Source of the DNA: an uncultured virus (IMG/VR IMGVR_UViG_2061766007_000627)
Taxonomy: Duplodnaviria > Heunggongvirae > Uroviricota > Caudoviricetes
DNA: 64,000 bases
Virus record (IMG/VR): IMGVR_UViG_2061766007_000627
Reading direction: 5' to 3' (one strand)
Made by a program: the position numbers and the translations under genes. The notes beneath the pieces are model-generated. The model saw nothing but the letters and a program-made list of their open reading frames with translations, was not told the origin of the DNA and did no database searches. Positions 26,520-36,718 of the stretch are shown one piece after another (position 1 is the stretch's first letter; the number at the start of each line of letters is the position of its first letter).

Positions 26520-28124
26520 ATGCGTTCAGGTACAAACTGGGTAGGGACAGATTGGTTTCCTTCTGGTTCAGCACAATATTCATATAGTGGGCAAAGTCAA
26601 GTCTTTTACTTTTCTGCGTCAAGAGTATCTAATACAAGAAAAGTAAGAATAAATTGGTGGATGACTACTGAAAGTAACGATAACGCAGGTAGTCCTACAT
26701 ACTTTCTTTGTTATGGCACGCAGAAACTTGTAGTTAATGGGCAGACTATTTTTACTTACATTCCGAGTTCGGGAAATAATCCTTATTATATTAATAGCTC
26801 AGGAAATACTGTCTACTATGGTTTTGCCGATTCAGGTTCCTGGTTAGATAAAAATTACAATGGTCACGAATACTTTGATAGAAATGGTGACTATGTAGGC
26901 ATTAACCGCTATATAGTTGTATTAGGTACGAAGTGGCGCACAGGCGCTTTCGATTTAGAAGCAAATTCATTAGGGAATGTTTCGTTTAGTGTGTCTGGCA
27001 CTTTTGGTTGGTGGGGTAATAATTCACTGACATTTTCTAAAACCTTTACTGTTACTGGACTTGTTCCTACTGATACTTATACAATTTCCTTTAATGCAAA
27101 CACGAAAGATTTAGTGTCAGGGAATACTGCATTTGACATACCAAAAAGTATTACCAAGCAGTATAATGTCGATGTAAATCTTCCAACAGTTAAGCCTTAT
27201 GCGGGTACTAGGGGCAGGGTTGTTAACTATGATTTTTATAAGTGGATAACTAATCCCGCAAACAGTTTTGAGTATGGAACAAACTCTGTCGGGTGGACAG
27301 CAGGCGAGTTGTTCAGAGAAAACGCTAATACACAACTGTATGCCATATGGAAAAAAGCAAAGAGAACACTTACATTTGACTTAAATGGTGGTAAGTACAG
27401 AGCAGTGTCTGACAGGGTTCCCAATATAACTGCTTATTATTCTGATTCTGTTTCTTTGCCTACTGCAAAAGAGATTACAAAAGATGGATATATCTTTACG
27501 GGCTGGCGCGATTCTGCTGGAACATTTATTCCAAATCTAAAAAATTATACCGTAAATCAAAATACCACACTTACTGCACAGTATGAGGGCAGAAAGTACG
27601 AAATTATACTTTTAGATAAAGATGGTAATGCGTTTAGAAGTGTCATAGTTCAGTATGGTTCGGTAATTCAAGGCAAAGGTTGCGATTTTACATATACTCC
27701 TGCTGGGTATGAATGTGTTGGCTGGTCGGTCAATAGTATGCAACCAATAGATGTTGATGCAGATGCACCTAGAATTGCAAAGAATTATGAAACTCCCTTA
27801 AATAATTTGCTGTATATTGGTGCTGGTGATTATACTAATTCACCATTTATGATAGATGCAGAAACGGCACGTATACACAGTATAATTGGTAATGTGAATA
27901 TCTCAACCGTAGACCAGTCAGGTTCTCAAGTAATTGCTTATCGTAAGCCGACTGATAATATAGATGGTGTACTCTATCTGTATCCTATACTACGATACGC
28001 AACTTCATTTTATGTGTATACTAATGGTGGCTGGAAACTAGCTATGCCGTATGTATGCGATAACAATGGACTTTGGAAACAAAGTTCAGGATATATTAAT
28101 CAAGGCGATAGGTGGATTAGATAA
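26520..28124 (+). CDS. Virion adhesin-like protein with InlB B-type repeats
   Basis: F..N....P....F..W....LYA.W repeats and a C-terminal Y...GGWK...PYV...G.WK. Confidence 0.65.
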   Translation: MRSGTNWVGTDWFPSGSAQYSYSGQSQVFYFSASRVSNTRKVRINWWMTTESNDNAGSPTYFLCYGTQKLVVNGQTIFTYIPSSGNNPYYINSSGNTVYYGFADSGSWLDKNYNGHEYFDRNGDYVGINRYIVVLGTKWRTGAFDLEANSLGNVSFSVSGTFGWWGNNSLTFSKTFTVTGLVPTDTYTISFNANTKDLVSGNTAFDIPKSITKQYNVDVNLPTVKPYAGTRGRVVNYDFYKWITNPANSFEYGTNSVGWTAGELFRENANTQLYAIWKKAKRTLTFDLNGGKYRAVSDRVPNITAYYSDSVSLPTAKEITKDGYIFTGWRDSAGTFIPNLKNYTVNQNTTLTAQYEGRKYEIILLDKDGNAFRSVIVQYGSVIQGKGCDFTYTPAGYECVGWSVNSMQPIDVDADAPRIAKNYETPLNNLLYIGAGDYTNSPFMIDAETARIHSIIGNVNISTVDQSGSQVIAYRKPTDNIDGVLYLYPILRYATSFYVYTNGGWKLAMPYVCDNNGLWKQSSGYINQGDRWIR

Positions 28125-28134
28125 GTGTGAGTTT

Positions 28135-30132
28135 ATGACTAATTTATCAGAACTGGAAAAGCAAGAAGTTTTAAGAATACTGAAGCAGTTATCTACCGGG
28201 GATAATTCTAGTTATAATGCTTTATTGAAAGAAGATTATGATGAGATACCCGTGGACATTGAAACTTTCTTGCACGAACCAAAATATCTTGGGAATGGTT
28301 TGATTAGCGATGAGGGGAAGTTTACTGTTTATCCATATTGGGTAGACACGCTGAAAAAGATTTTTCCAGACCCATTAAAACCCGTGCAGTACAACACACT
28401 TGCACTCACGGGTGCTATCGGATTAGGCAAGTCTTTTATGGCAGTTTTAGTAATGCTGTATGAACTTTACCGAATGCTCTGTCTGAAAAACCCATATACT
28501 TATTATGGGTTACAGCCGATAGATAAAATAACCTTTGCGATTATGAACATCACTCTTGAAGCAAGTAGGGGTGTTGCGTGGGATAAAATGCAACAGTTGT
28601 TACAATCTTCTGATTGGTTTATGAGCAGAGGGACTGTTTCTGGAAATGTTAATGTAGAGTGGACACCCCCTAAAGGTATAGAACTTATAGCAGGTTCACT
28701 TCCAAGACATATATTAGGTAGAGCCGTATTCTGCTGTTTTGCTGATGAGATTTCATTCCAGCCGAATCAAGATGTAGAGAAACAGAAAGAGAAAGCTAAA
28801 GAACTTATTTCTGCTGCAAGTACACGTATGCAATCTCGTTTTATGAAGGGAGAGCATAATCCCACTATTTTGATTATTGCGTCATCAAAGCGTACAGAGC
28901 AGTCTTTCATGGAAACTTTCATACAGAAGAGAAAGGAAATGGAAAGCAAGACTACTCTTGTGGTAGATGAACCTCAGTGGGTAATCAGAAATGATAAGTC
29001 ATCAGACAGAAAATTTAAAGTAGCAATCGGAAATAAGTTTTTAGCCTCTGAGGTCATTCCGCTCTCCGCAACAGAAAAAGACATAAGTATATATCGTGAC
29101 AGAGGGTTTAATATTCTTGATGTCCCGATGGGATATTACGAACAGTTTGTAGAAGATATAGATAAGTCTTTACAAGATATTGCGGGAATTTCTACTACAA
29201 GCAGCTCTCGTTATATCAGCGGTGTTCGACTTAAAGAAGTTAAAAATTATGCACTCAAAAATCCATTCAAGCAAGATGTAATTGAAGTTGGCAATGCCGC
29301 AGATGATACTGCACAATACTATGACTTTTTCGATTTATCTAATATCCCTGATGGACTTAAAGAGAAGCCACTTTATGTTCATCTTGATATGTCTATCAGC
29401 GGCGATAAAACAGGTATTGCAGGTGTTTGGATAAAAGGAAGTAAACCGCACAAAGAGGGCGAGCCCGAATCCAGAGATGGACTTTTTCAATTAGCATTTT
29501 CTGTGGCTGTTAAGGCACCAAGAGGTTATCAAATCTCTTTTGAAAAGAATAGGCAGTTTATATACTGGTTGAAGGAGCAAGGCTTTAATATAAAAGGTGT
29601 GTCTGCGGATACTTTCCAGTCTTATGATTTGTTACAAGTATTGCAGAGTAGAAATTTCAACACGGAGATTATTTCAGTAGATAGACTGACAGATAGAGTT
29701 TGTTTGCCGTATCAGTTCTTTAAGAATGTTATATATGAAAAAAGAATTGATATGTATGACTCAACCTTGCTGACAGAAGAGATTATAGGGTTAGAACGAA
29801 ATAATAATTCTGGTAAGGTTGACCATGCTCCTACTGGGATAAATAGTAAAGATACTTCCGATGCTGTTTGCGGTGCATTGTGGAATGCTTCAAAGCATAT
29901 AGAAGAGTTTAATTTTGAGTTTGGAGAAACACTTGATACCATAGTAGATGTTTCTAGTGTTGCGACTAACCAAAATATAAAGCAACAAGTTATACTTGAT
30001 TTTGAGGAAGAACTTAAGCGTGCGAGAGATGCTATCCCTGACAAACAAAAAGATTTCTTTATGGATTTTGGTATGGGAAAGCGTGGCGACCTTAATGCTG
30101 ATTTATATTTGATGGACGGTATTATTCTGTAG
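28135..30132 (+). CDS. terL: Terminase large subunit
   Basis: Walker A TGAIGLGKS, Walker B CFADE, IASS coupling motif, and RNase H-like VHLD...GD...KVDH...SKD.SDA. Confidence 0.92.
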   Translation: MTNLSELEKQEVLRILKQLSTGDNSSYNALLKEDYDEIPVDIETFLHEPKYLGNGLISDEGKFTVYPYWVDTLKKIFPDPLKPVQYNTLALTGAIGLGKSFMAVLVMLYELYRMLCLKNPYTYYGLQPIDKITFAIMNITLEASRGVAWDKMQQLLQSSDWFMSRGTVSGNVNVEWTPPKGIELIAGSLPRHILGRAVFCCFADEISFQPNQDVEKQKEKAKELISAASTRMQSRFMKGEHNPTILIIASSKRTEQSFMETFIQKRKEMESKTTLVVDEPQWVIRNDKSSDRKFKVAIGNKFLASEVIPLSATEKDISIYRDRGFNILDVPMGYYEQFVEDIDKSLQDIAGISTTSSSRYISGVRLKEVKNYALKNPFKQDVIEVGNAADDTAQYYDFFDLSNIPDGLKEKPLYVHLDMSISGDKTGIAGVWIKGSKPHKEGEPESRDGLFQLAFSVAVKAPRGYQISFEKNRQFIYWLKEQGFNIKGVSADTFQSYDLLQVLQSRNFNTEIISVDRLTDRVCLPYQFFKNVIYEKRIDMYDSTLLTEEIIGLERNNNSGKVDHAPTGINSKDTSDAVCGALWNASKHIEEFNFEFGETLDTIVDVSSVATNQNIKQQVILDFEEELKRARDAIPDKQKDFFMDFGMGKRGDLNADLYLMDGIIL

Positions 30133-30149
30133 AAGAAAGAGAAATATAT

Positions 30150-32108
30150 ATGGAAGAAATCAAGCAAGAGTATATTGATAGAGAGGCGGAAGATATAGGG
30201 AAAAAGATAAACCCCGTACCAAAACCAGAACTTAATATCGGTATAGATACAAAAGATGAGTTTTATGACAATTTAGTTGACGCAGGTGTTGCGCAGGTTA
30301 TTGACATAGGTGCATTTAATAGTTTTTCTCAAATCTCACAGAGTAGAGAAACATTGTATCTCGTATTAGATACGATGGGCGAAGACCCAACTATTGCTTC
30401 TATGTTAGAGATTTATACTGAAGATGCTACCGAAACTAATGACCAGGGACAGGTTGTTTGGGTAGAATCGAGTAACGCTGAAGTTGCAAAGTATGTTACT
30501 TTCTTATTAAAGAGCCTTAATGTAGATAAGAACATTTATGCTTGGGTTCACTCACTTGTTAAGTATGGCGACTTGTATCTGCGTTTATTCCATCAGTCAG
30601 ATTTTAATGATGGCTTGTTTGAACATGGAGAGGACGCAGAAGAACTCTATACTTCTTTTGTTGCTTCTCAAAATCAGAGAAGTATGCTCAACGAGGATGT
30701 TGATAAAGACACTCTTAATGAAGATGTAGTTATCCGTGCGTATGAAAAGACTGATAAATTAGCAAATTATGTAGAGATGGTTCCAAATCCTGGTGAGATG
30801 TTTGAACTTACGAAGTTTGGAAAATCTTATGCCTATATCAAGACGAATACTACCCCGACAAGTCTTAACCGAAATGGTGTGTTCTCATCTGCTTACTACA
30901 CATACAAATTTAAGCGACAGGATATACAGGTATTTAGTGCAGTAGAGTTTGTTCATGGTGCTTTACAAGACGATACACCGAGAGTTCCTGAACAGGTGCA
31001 GATTTTCAGAAATGATGATGTTATGAGTACAGATGATACTGCATATACATATACTGTTCGTAGGGGTCAATCAATCTTGTATAATCTTTACAAGATTTGG
31101 CGGCAGATGATGCTTCTTGAAAATGCACTTCTTCTTAATAGACTTACTCGTTCTTCGATATTAAGGGTTATTGAAGTTGAGGTTGCTGATATGCCAAAGG
31201 AGAGAGTTGGTCCGCATTTACAGAGAATAAAGACTCTCGTTGAGCAGAAATCTTCAATCAATGAAGGTACTTCAATGTCAGAGTACACTAACCCAGGGGC
31301 TATGGAAAATAACATTTATGTTCCTACGCATAATGGTGTCGGTGCTATCCAAACTCAACAAATTGGCGGTGATGTCAATGTTCGTGATATTGCCGATATA
31401 GATTACTTTAAGAATAAGTTTTATTCTGCGGGCAAGATTCCTAAACAGTATCTTGGTGATACTGATGATGCTACTGGTTTTAATGGCGGTACTTCATTAT
31501 CAATTGTATCTTCAAGATATGCAAAGACAATTAAGAGAATACAATCAGTTGTTTGCCAGACACTGACCGATGCCATCAATATTCTTCTTATTGATAGGGG
31601 GCTTAACAATTATGTCAATAAGTTTGAATTAAGAATGCAAGAGCCTGTCACGCAGGAAGAACTTGATAAGAGAGATAATACTTCAGCGAAAGTTGGTCTT
31701 TCTGATGATGTAATGAGAATGGTAGACGGCATTGAGGACCCAATTATCAAATTAAAGATAATGAAGGCACTTCTGTCTAATGCAATTACTAATACCGAAG
31801 TCATAGATTTAATTCAAGAACACATAGACGCACTCGAACAAGCACAAGAAGAAGAGTCTGCCAATACAGACGATGATTTAGGTGATATGGGTGGCGATAG
31901 TGAGTTTGACTTTGGAGATGATTTTGGTTTCGGTGATGTAGGTGGTGGTGGCTCTTCTGATTTAGGTTCTGACCTTGGTGGTGAAGAAGATATGTTTGCT
32001 GATTTTACAGGCGGTGATACAGGAACTTCCGATATAGATACTGGTGGGGAAAGCACGCTTCCGAGTCCTGCTGATTTAGGTGCTGGTGATATGAGTGATA
32101 TGATTTAA
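30150..32108 (+). CDS. Portal protein (T4 gp20-like)
   Basis: KYGD.Y, G.SIL....K.WRQ..LLE.A.L..RL.R, DIDYF..K....KIP..YL and RYA..I.RIQ motifs, with an acidic Gly-rich tail. Confidence 0.92.
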   Translation: MEEIKQEYIDREAEDIGKKINPVPKPELNIGIDTKDEFYDNLVDAGVAQVIDIGAFNSFSQISQSRETLYLVLDTMGEDPTIASMLEIYTEDATETNDQGQVVWVESSNAEVAKYVTFLLKSLNVDKNIYAWVHSLVKYGDLYLRLFHQSDFNDGLFEHGEDAEELYTSFVASQNQRSMLNEDVDKDTLNEDVVIRAYEKTDKLANYVEMVPNPGEMFELTKFGKSYAYIKTNTTPTSLNRNGVFSSAYYTYKFKRQDIQVFSAVEFVHGALQDDTPRVPEQVQIFRNDDVMSTDDTAYTYTVRRGQSILYNLYKIWRQMMLLENALLLNRLTRSSILRVIEVEVADMPKERVGPHLQRIKTLVEQKSSINEGTSMSEYTNPGAMENNIYVPTHNGVGAIQTQQIGGDVNVRDIADIDYFKNKFYSAGKIPKQYLGDTDDATGFNGGTSLSIVSSRYAKTIKRIQSVVCQTLTDAINILLIDRGLNNYVNKFELRMQEPVTQEELDKRDNTSAKVGLSDDVMRMVDGIEDPIIKLKIMKALLSNAITNTEVIDLIQEHIDALEQAQEEESANTDDDLGDMGGDSEFDFGDDFGFGDVGGGGSSDLGSDLGGEEDMFADFTGGDTGTSDIDTGGESTLPSPADLGAGDMSDMI

Positions 32109-32122
32109 GGAAAGGATAGACT

Positions 32123-32299
32123 ATGAATCCATTTGATACAGTAACAGTAACAATAACAAAAGATGATATTGATTATACGTATGGTGGTACAATTATATGC
32201 ACATATACAGACGCTGATGGAACAGAAATGTGTGGAGTTTCATTAGCAAATGCTGATGGTGTGGTGTATATGAAGCAGTCTGATGTAAGTGCTATCTGA
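32123..32299 (+). CDS. Small hypothetical protein (58 aa)
   Basis: AAAGGA RBS and an open frame after the portal gene. Confidence 0.5.
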   Translation: MNPFDTVTVTITKDDIDYTYGGTIICTYTDADGTEMCGVSLANADGVVYMKQSDVSAI

Positions 32300-32314
32300 T
32301 TGGAGATGATTTGA

Positions 32315-32779
32315 TTGATAACGAAAACTGATTGTTTGAGTTTGTTGTTTGATTTGAAGAGTAAGGGTGTATCTTGTGATGAGCAAATCAAGAGATTGCT
32401 CACACTCCCCGAACCTGATATTGAAACTATAAAGTTTATTAATGATAACAGAGAACTTAATGTACGAAAGTTTTATGAGAAACTGAGAAAGTCATATAAC
32501 CAGAAGAAGTCAAATCTTTATATCAACATAGTAAGAGAGAACAGAGAAGATGTTGACCCAAAAGATTTAGTAATTACTCTTGCAAGTTTACAGTTACAAA
32601 TTCTTCTCTTTAATAAGAAACTTGACGATGTAGATTTTCTGCGTAACGCTCGTTTTGATGAAATCGGAAAAGTATTGCTAAATTATTATGTGAATAAAGA
32701 TGTGATTCCTTGTCAGAAATTGCTGGATTTGATAAGGAGTGATTTGAAAGTATTAGAGGAAATAAGTAATGTTAAGTAA
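32315..32779 (+). CDS. Hypothetical protein in head module
   Basis: 154-aa helical ORF. Confidence 0.7.
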   Translation: MITKTDCLSLLFDLKSKGVSCDEQIKRLLTLPEPDIETIKFINDNRELNVRKFYEKLRKSYNQKKSNLYINIVRENREDVDPKDLVITLASLQLQILLFNKKLDDVDFLRNARFDEIGKVLLNYYVNKDVIPCQKLLDLIRSDLKVLEEISNVK

Positions 32780-33161
32780 GCAAAATGTACGCTTAATGGA
32801 AAATATGACTAGAAAACTCTTGTCAGAGAGTTATTCTGCCGATGATTTTGTTTGGATAGACCCACAATATACTGGTGGCGGTATTTATATTGTACTCGGG
32901 CAACTCGCTGACGATACCTGGTTTATGGCAGACTGGGATTCACTAGGAATTGGTGTTATGTTTCTCGATGCTGATGTGAAGGCGGCGGGGGAAGATGCTT
33001 GGTGGCCCGAATGGCAGGAAAATCATGTAATAAGATATTTAGAAGATAATGGAGCAGAAGCATTAGATTTTGCAGATGCTATTATTGAGTGGTTAGGTGC
33101 AAATCAGCCTAAAGGAAATTATACTTTAGGTGAGTTAGAAAATATGCGGGATAAGTGGTAA
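32769..33161 (+). CDS. Hypothetical protein with L-x-E leader (probable internal head protein)
   Basis: MLSKQNVRLMENMTRKLLSES leader followed by an acidic globular domain. Confidence 0.6.
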   Translation: MLSKQNVRLMENMTRKLLSESYSADDFVWIDPQYTGGGIYIVLGQLADDTWFMADWDSLGIGVMFLDADVKAAGEDAWWPEWQENHVIRYLEDNGAEALDFADAIIEWLGANQPKGNYTLGELENMRDKW

Positions 33162-33163
33162 GT

Positions 33164-33781
33164 ATGATTACATTATCTAAAAATCAGAAAAAGATTATAG
33201 TTGAACAATTACAGCCTTTTTTAAAACGGAATGACCGCCTTGGTTTGCGTAGTGCCTTATCTGATTTAGAAGACAGATATATGGGTGGCCACTTTGCAGA
33301 CCCTGAAATAACAAATATTTCAGCATGGTTGTATGAACAGTTGGGAGAAGATTATTTTAAGGATTCTTCCTGGGTGAAGGCTTATGAATTCGCAAGCAGC
33401 GATATTACTAAGATGGTTTTACCGAGTTATATTCAGTCTATAGAGGATGGTGCATTCGGAGAATCTTCTATTTCACAAATTAAACTTAATGAGGGTTTAA
33501 CGCATATTCGAGCACACGCATTTCTTGATACACCTAGCCTTAAACATATTGTTCTTCCGTCAAGTGTTAGATATATAGGTGATTATGCTTTTTGGACAAC
33601 CGCATTAGAAAGTATTACTTTTCAGGGAAGTAACCCATGTAATATAGATGCGTCTGATGATGTGTTCTCAAGTGGTTCAAAACTGCAGATTATATTGCCT
33701 AAAAATAAAGAATTAAGATTTTATGGGAATGAGGATTCATTAGAAAACTGGATGACTAAATATCATGTTGTTTTAAGATGA
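33164..33781 (+). CDS. BspA-type leucine-rich repeat protein
   Basis: LP..I..I...AF / L..I.LP.SV..IGDYAF repeats. Confidence 0.8.
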   Translation: MITLSKNQKKIIVEQLQPFLKRNDRLGLRSALSDLEDRYMGGHFADPEITNISAWLYEQLGEDYFKDSSWVKAYEFASSDITKMVLPSYIQSIEDGAFGESSISQIKLNEGLTHIRAHAFLDTPSLKHIVLPSSVRYIGDYAFWTTALESITFQGSNPCNIDASDDVFSSGSKLQIILPKNKELRFYGNEDSLENWMTKYHVVLR

Positions 33782-33810
33782 TTACTTTTTAGTTAAATTG
33801 AAAAATCTAT

Positions 33811-33825
33811 TGCTAAAATTATATA
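33811..33825 (+). promoter_or_regulatory. Putative late promoter motif (TGCTAAAATTATATA)
   Basis: Upstream of bS21-protease-capsid. Confidence 0.65.
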
Positions 33826-33852
33826 TACAATGTGAAAAGAGGTGATTTCTTT

Positions 33853-34065
33853 ATGGCGACAGTCTATGTGAAAGACGGAGATATTGAACAGGCCATTAAG
33901 AGATTTAGAAAGAAAGTTGATGCCGAAGGTATTTTAGTAGAGTACAGAAACAGAATGTACTACAAGTCTAAAGGCGAAAAGCGTAGAGAGAAAGCTAAGG
34001 CTGGCAGAAGAAAGCAGTTAAAAGAGAAATACTTTCAGATAAGACTTGATAAAAAATACGAGTAA
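33853..34065 (+). CDS. rpsU: Ribosomal protein bS21
   Basis: V.VKDGDIEQAIKRFRKKVDAEGIL.E.R.R.YYKSK.EKRR.K. Confidence 0.9.
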   Translation: MATVYVKDGDIEQAIKRFRKKVDAEGILVEYRNRMYYKSKGEKRREKAKAGRRKQLKEKYFQIRLDKKYE

Positions 34066-34085
34066 TTAGTTAAGGGTAGAGATAG

Positions 34086-36674
34086 ATGTTACAAGAATCT
34101 AAAACAAACGAATTAGAATATCAAAGACTTTCAAAAGACGAGATGGAATCTCGTGGCATACTTGGAAGGCTTGTTGGTATTTGTGCTGATTTTATCAGCC
34201 CTACTCGTAATGGTAGAAAGTACCCGGAAAAACTTTGGGAGAATGTTTTTAATGACCCTATTATGAAAGAAAGAATTGATAATGGGGTTTGCTATGGCGA
34301 ATTAGGACATCCTGCCGACCGAGAAGAAACAGATATGGAGAAGATTGCCGTTTGTATGGCAGAGCAACCGAAGAAAGGTTCAGATGGTAAACTTCGTGCT
34401 GTATTTGATATTCTCAATACTCCTAACGGAAGAATACTTAAATCACTTTGTGATTATGGTTCAACATTAGGCATTTCGTCAAGAGGTTCAGGAGATTTAG
34501 AAACAGACTTTGATGGGCAGGAATCCGTAAATCCAGATACATATAACTGTGAGGGATTTGATGTTGTTCTTATTCCTGCAGTTAAAGAGGCAAGACTTCA
34601 GTACGTAACAGAAGCACTTGACAAGAAAAGATATAATAAGACATTAAGAGAAAAGCTCACAGAGTCTATCAATAAAGAAACTGAAGAACATCAGAAAGTG
34701 ATGAAAGAATCACTCGGCACTCTTGGTATTGTTCTTAATGAAGATAAATATGTTGCTACATTCTATGATGGTCCTGATGGAGATAAACATAAATCTATAA
34801 CGATAGACGCTGATAATTCTAATGACGCTCTTAACAAAGCACATGCTTATGCACGAAACAATGATTTACGATATAAGGGTTATAATAATGTGTCTGTCGA
34901 GAAAGAGAGTCCTGATGATGAACTTTGCATTTATGGTGCCGAGATTACCGCATTAGATGGTTGGGGTGATAATAGGACTGCTTATCTGTTCTTTAGAGCA
35001 TATACTGAACGTGATGTGCAGAAGTATATTAAAAATTATTTGATTGATAAAGTTTGTGTTGACCCCAATGGTCATATTGCTGATAAGAATGATTCATCTT
35101 GGGGTAAAAATCTTGGTTTGATAAAAAAGATTAAATCAATATATCGAAGCGGGGGTGAACGAGGAATAGATGTGTATAAAACTCCTATGAGTATTGATGA
35201 TATACAGTATGTGTCTTTGGTCGAATCGGTTACCATGCCTGCTGAAGATAAAATACTTGACGAGTCTGAAGAATTAGAAGAAAAATTGAATTATGCTGAC
35301 CAAGAAGCGAAGATGGATGCCTGGCATAATGGTACAAGAAGGCAAAATGTCGGTGCTTGCAGTCCTGAAAAATTGCTTATGAACCATAAAATTTGCTGGG
35401 ATAAGGGCTATGGGCGTGAACTTCGTGAAATTGAGCGCGTAATGGTAAGTAAGGGTGTAGAGATTCCCGATTATTCTGACACGGATATTGCAGAACACCA
35501 AAGAAGATTGATGGGTAAAACTTCTACGGCTGATGCAGAACCTGAAGAGTCTGTTCCTACTGCACCCATGAAACCTACCTGTAAGTTTGCTAGTACAGCA
35601 AAGAAAGAATTATTAGTACTTGCTGATGCTGCCGGGGAAGAACTTATTTCAAAGTTTATCGACCCACTTGACTTACCGACAATAGATGATGGTTCTAACA
35701 ATTACTATGTGATTGAGAAATCAATGCCTTTCGCACAGGCATTTGCACGGGAGTTAGTAAAGATATTAAAGGGGTCTGAACTTTCCGAGCAATTAGAATC
35801 TATCTTCCCAGAAGATAATGCAGAAGAAGTAGATATTGATGAGGAAACTCGTGATATAGAAACTACCAGTACTGCCGATGATGACGGGGTAATGGTTGAA
35901 GAATTACAAAAGTCATTAGACCTTAATCGTAAGTTAGACAAAAAGATAGTTGGCTTGCAAGAAAAATTATCAGTTAGCTATGCGAAAGAGATTAATCTGC
36001 AAGAAGAACTGGAGAAGTATAAATCGAAAGTTATCAAACTGTCTAGGCGTTTAGCCGAAGAAAAGGTACTCAATGAAAAACTGACAGAAGTTCAGAAAAA
36101 GAAAGTTATTGCAGATAAGAATTGCGAGAAACTTACAGAGTCTGTTAAATCAAGAGAAGCAAAGATTACTTCATTAAGAGAATCAATTGCAAAGAAAAAC
36201 GAACAGGTTAAGTCACTTACAGAGCAAGTACAACAACTGGTGTCTACTCTTGATGAGAGAAATAACCAGATTGAAACACTTACTGAAAAGTACGAAACGC
36301 TGAACAAAGATTATCAGCAGATGAAGGAAACATATTCTGCGAAGATGAATTCTCAAACAGAGCTTGTTGAGAAATATAGAAATGCGGCAGTCAAATCTGT
36401 TAATAAATATATTGATACACAAGCAACAAGATTGGGAGTTACTTCGGCAGAAATTAAGAATAGACTTCCTGAAAGTTATTCATTCTCTGATATTGATAGA
36501 GTCTGTGAGGACTTGCAAGAATACAAATTAAGTATTAGTAGTTTACCATTTAATACTGGAAACAGATTAAATGAGGGAATAAGAGTTAAGGCAAATAATG
36601 TTAGCCAAAGAACTTTGGTTCCCGTAGAAGAAGAACTTGATGACCTGACTCTGAGACTAGCAGGACTTAAATAG
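34086..36674 (+). CDS. Prohead protease (T4 gp21-like) fused to cargo modules and coiled-coil scaffold
   Basis: RNGR.YP, GELGHP, TPNG.IL, GISSRGSG and FD.V..PA motifs, with a long C-terminal coiled coil. Confidence 0.9.
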   Translation: MLQESKTNELEYQRLSKDEMESRGILGRLVGICADFISPTRNGRKYPEKLWENVFNDPIMKERIDNGVCYGELGHPADREETDMEKIAVCMAEQPKKGSDGKLRAVFDILNTPNGRILKSLCDYGSTLGISSRGSGDLETDFDGQESVNPDTYNCEGFDVVLIPAVKEARLQYVTEALDKKRYNKTLREKLTESINKETEEHQKVMKESLGTLGIVLNEDKYVATFYDGPDGDKHKSITIDADNSNDALNKAHAYARNNDLRYKGYNNVSVEKESPDDELCIYGAEITALDGWGDNRTAYLFFRAYTERDVQKYIKNYLIDKVCVDPNGHIADKNDSSWGKNLGLIKKIKSIYRSGGERGIDVYKTPMSIDDIQYVSLVESVTMPAEDKILDESEELEEKLNYADQEAKMDAWHNGTRRQNVGACSPEKLLMNHKICWDKGYGRELREIERVMVSKGVEIPDYSDTDIAEHQRRLMGKTSTADAEPEESVPTAPMKPTCKFASTAKKELLVLADAAGEELISKFIDPLDLPTIDDGSNNYYVIEKSMPFAQAFARELVKILKGSELSEQLESIFPEDNAEEVDIDEETRDIETTSTADDDGVMVEELQKSLDLNRKLDKKIVGLQEKLSVSYAKEINLQEELEKYKSKVIKLSRRLAEEKVLNEKLTEVQKKKVIADKNCEKLTESVKSREAKITSLRESIAKKNEQVKSLTEQVQQLVSTLDERNNQIETLTEKYETLNKDYQQMKETYSAKMNSQTELVEKYRNAAVKSVNKYIDTQATRLGVTSAEIKNRLPESYSFSDIDRVCEDLQEYKLSISSLPFNTGNRLNEGIRVKANNVSQRTLVPVEEELDDLTLRLAGLK

Positions 36675-36718
36675 TTCTTCAAATAAATTAATTATAGATA
36701 GAAAGGTTTTTAATTCTT

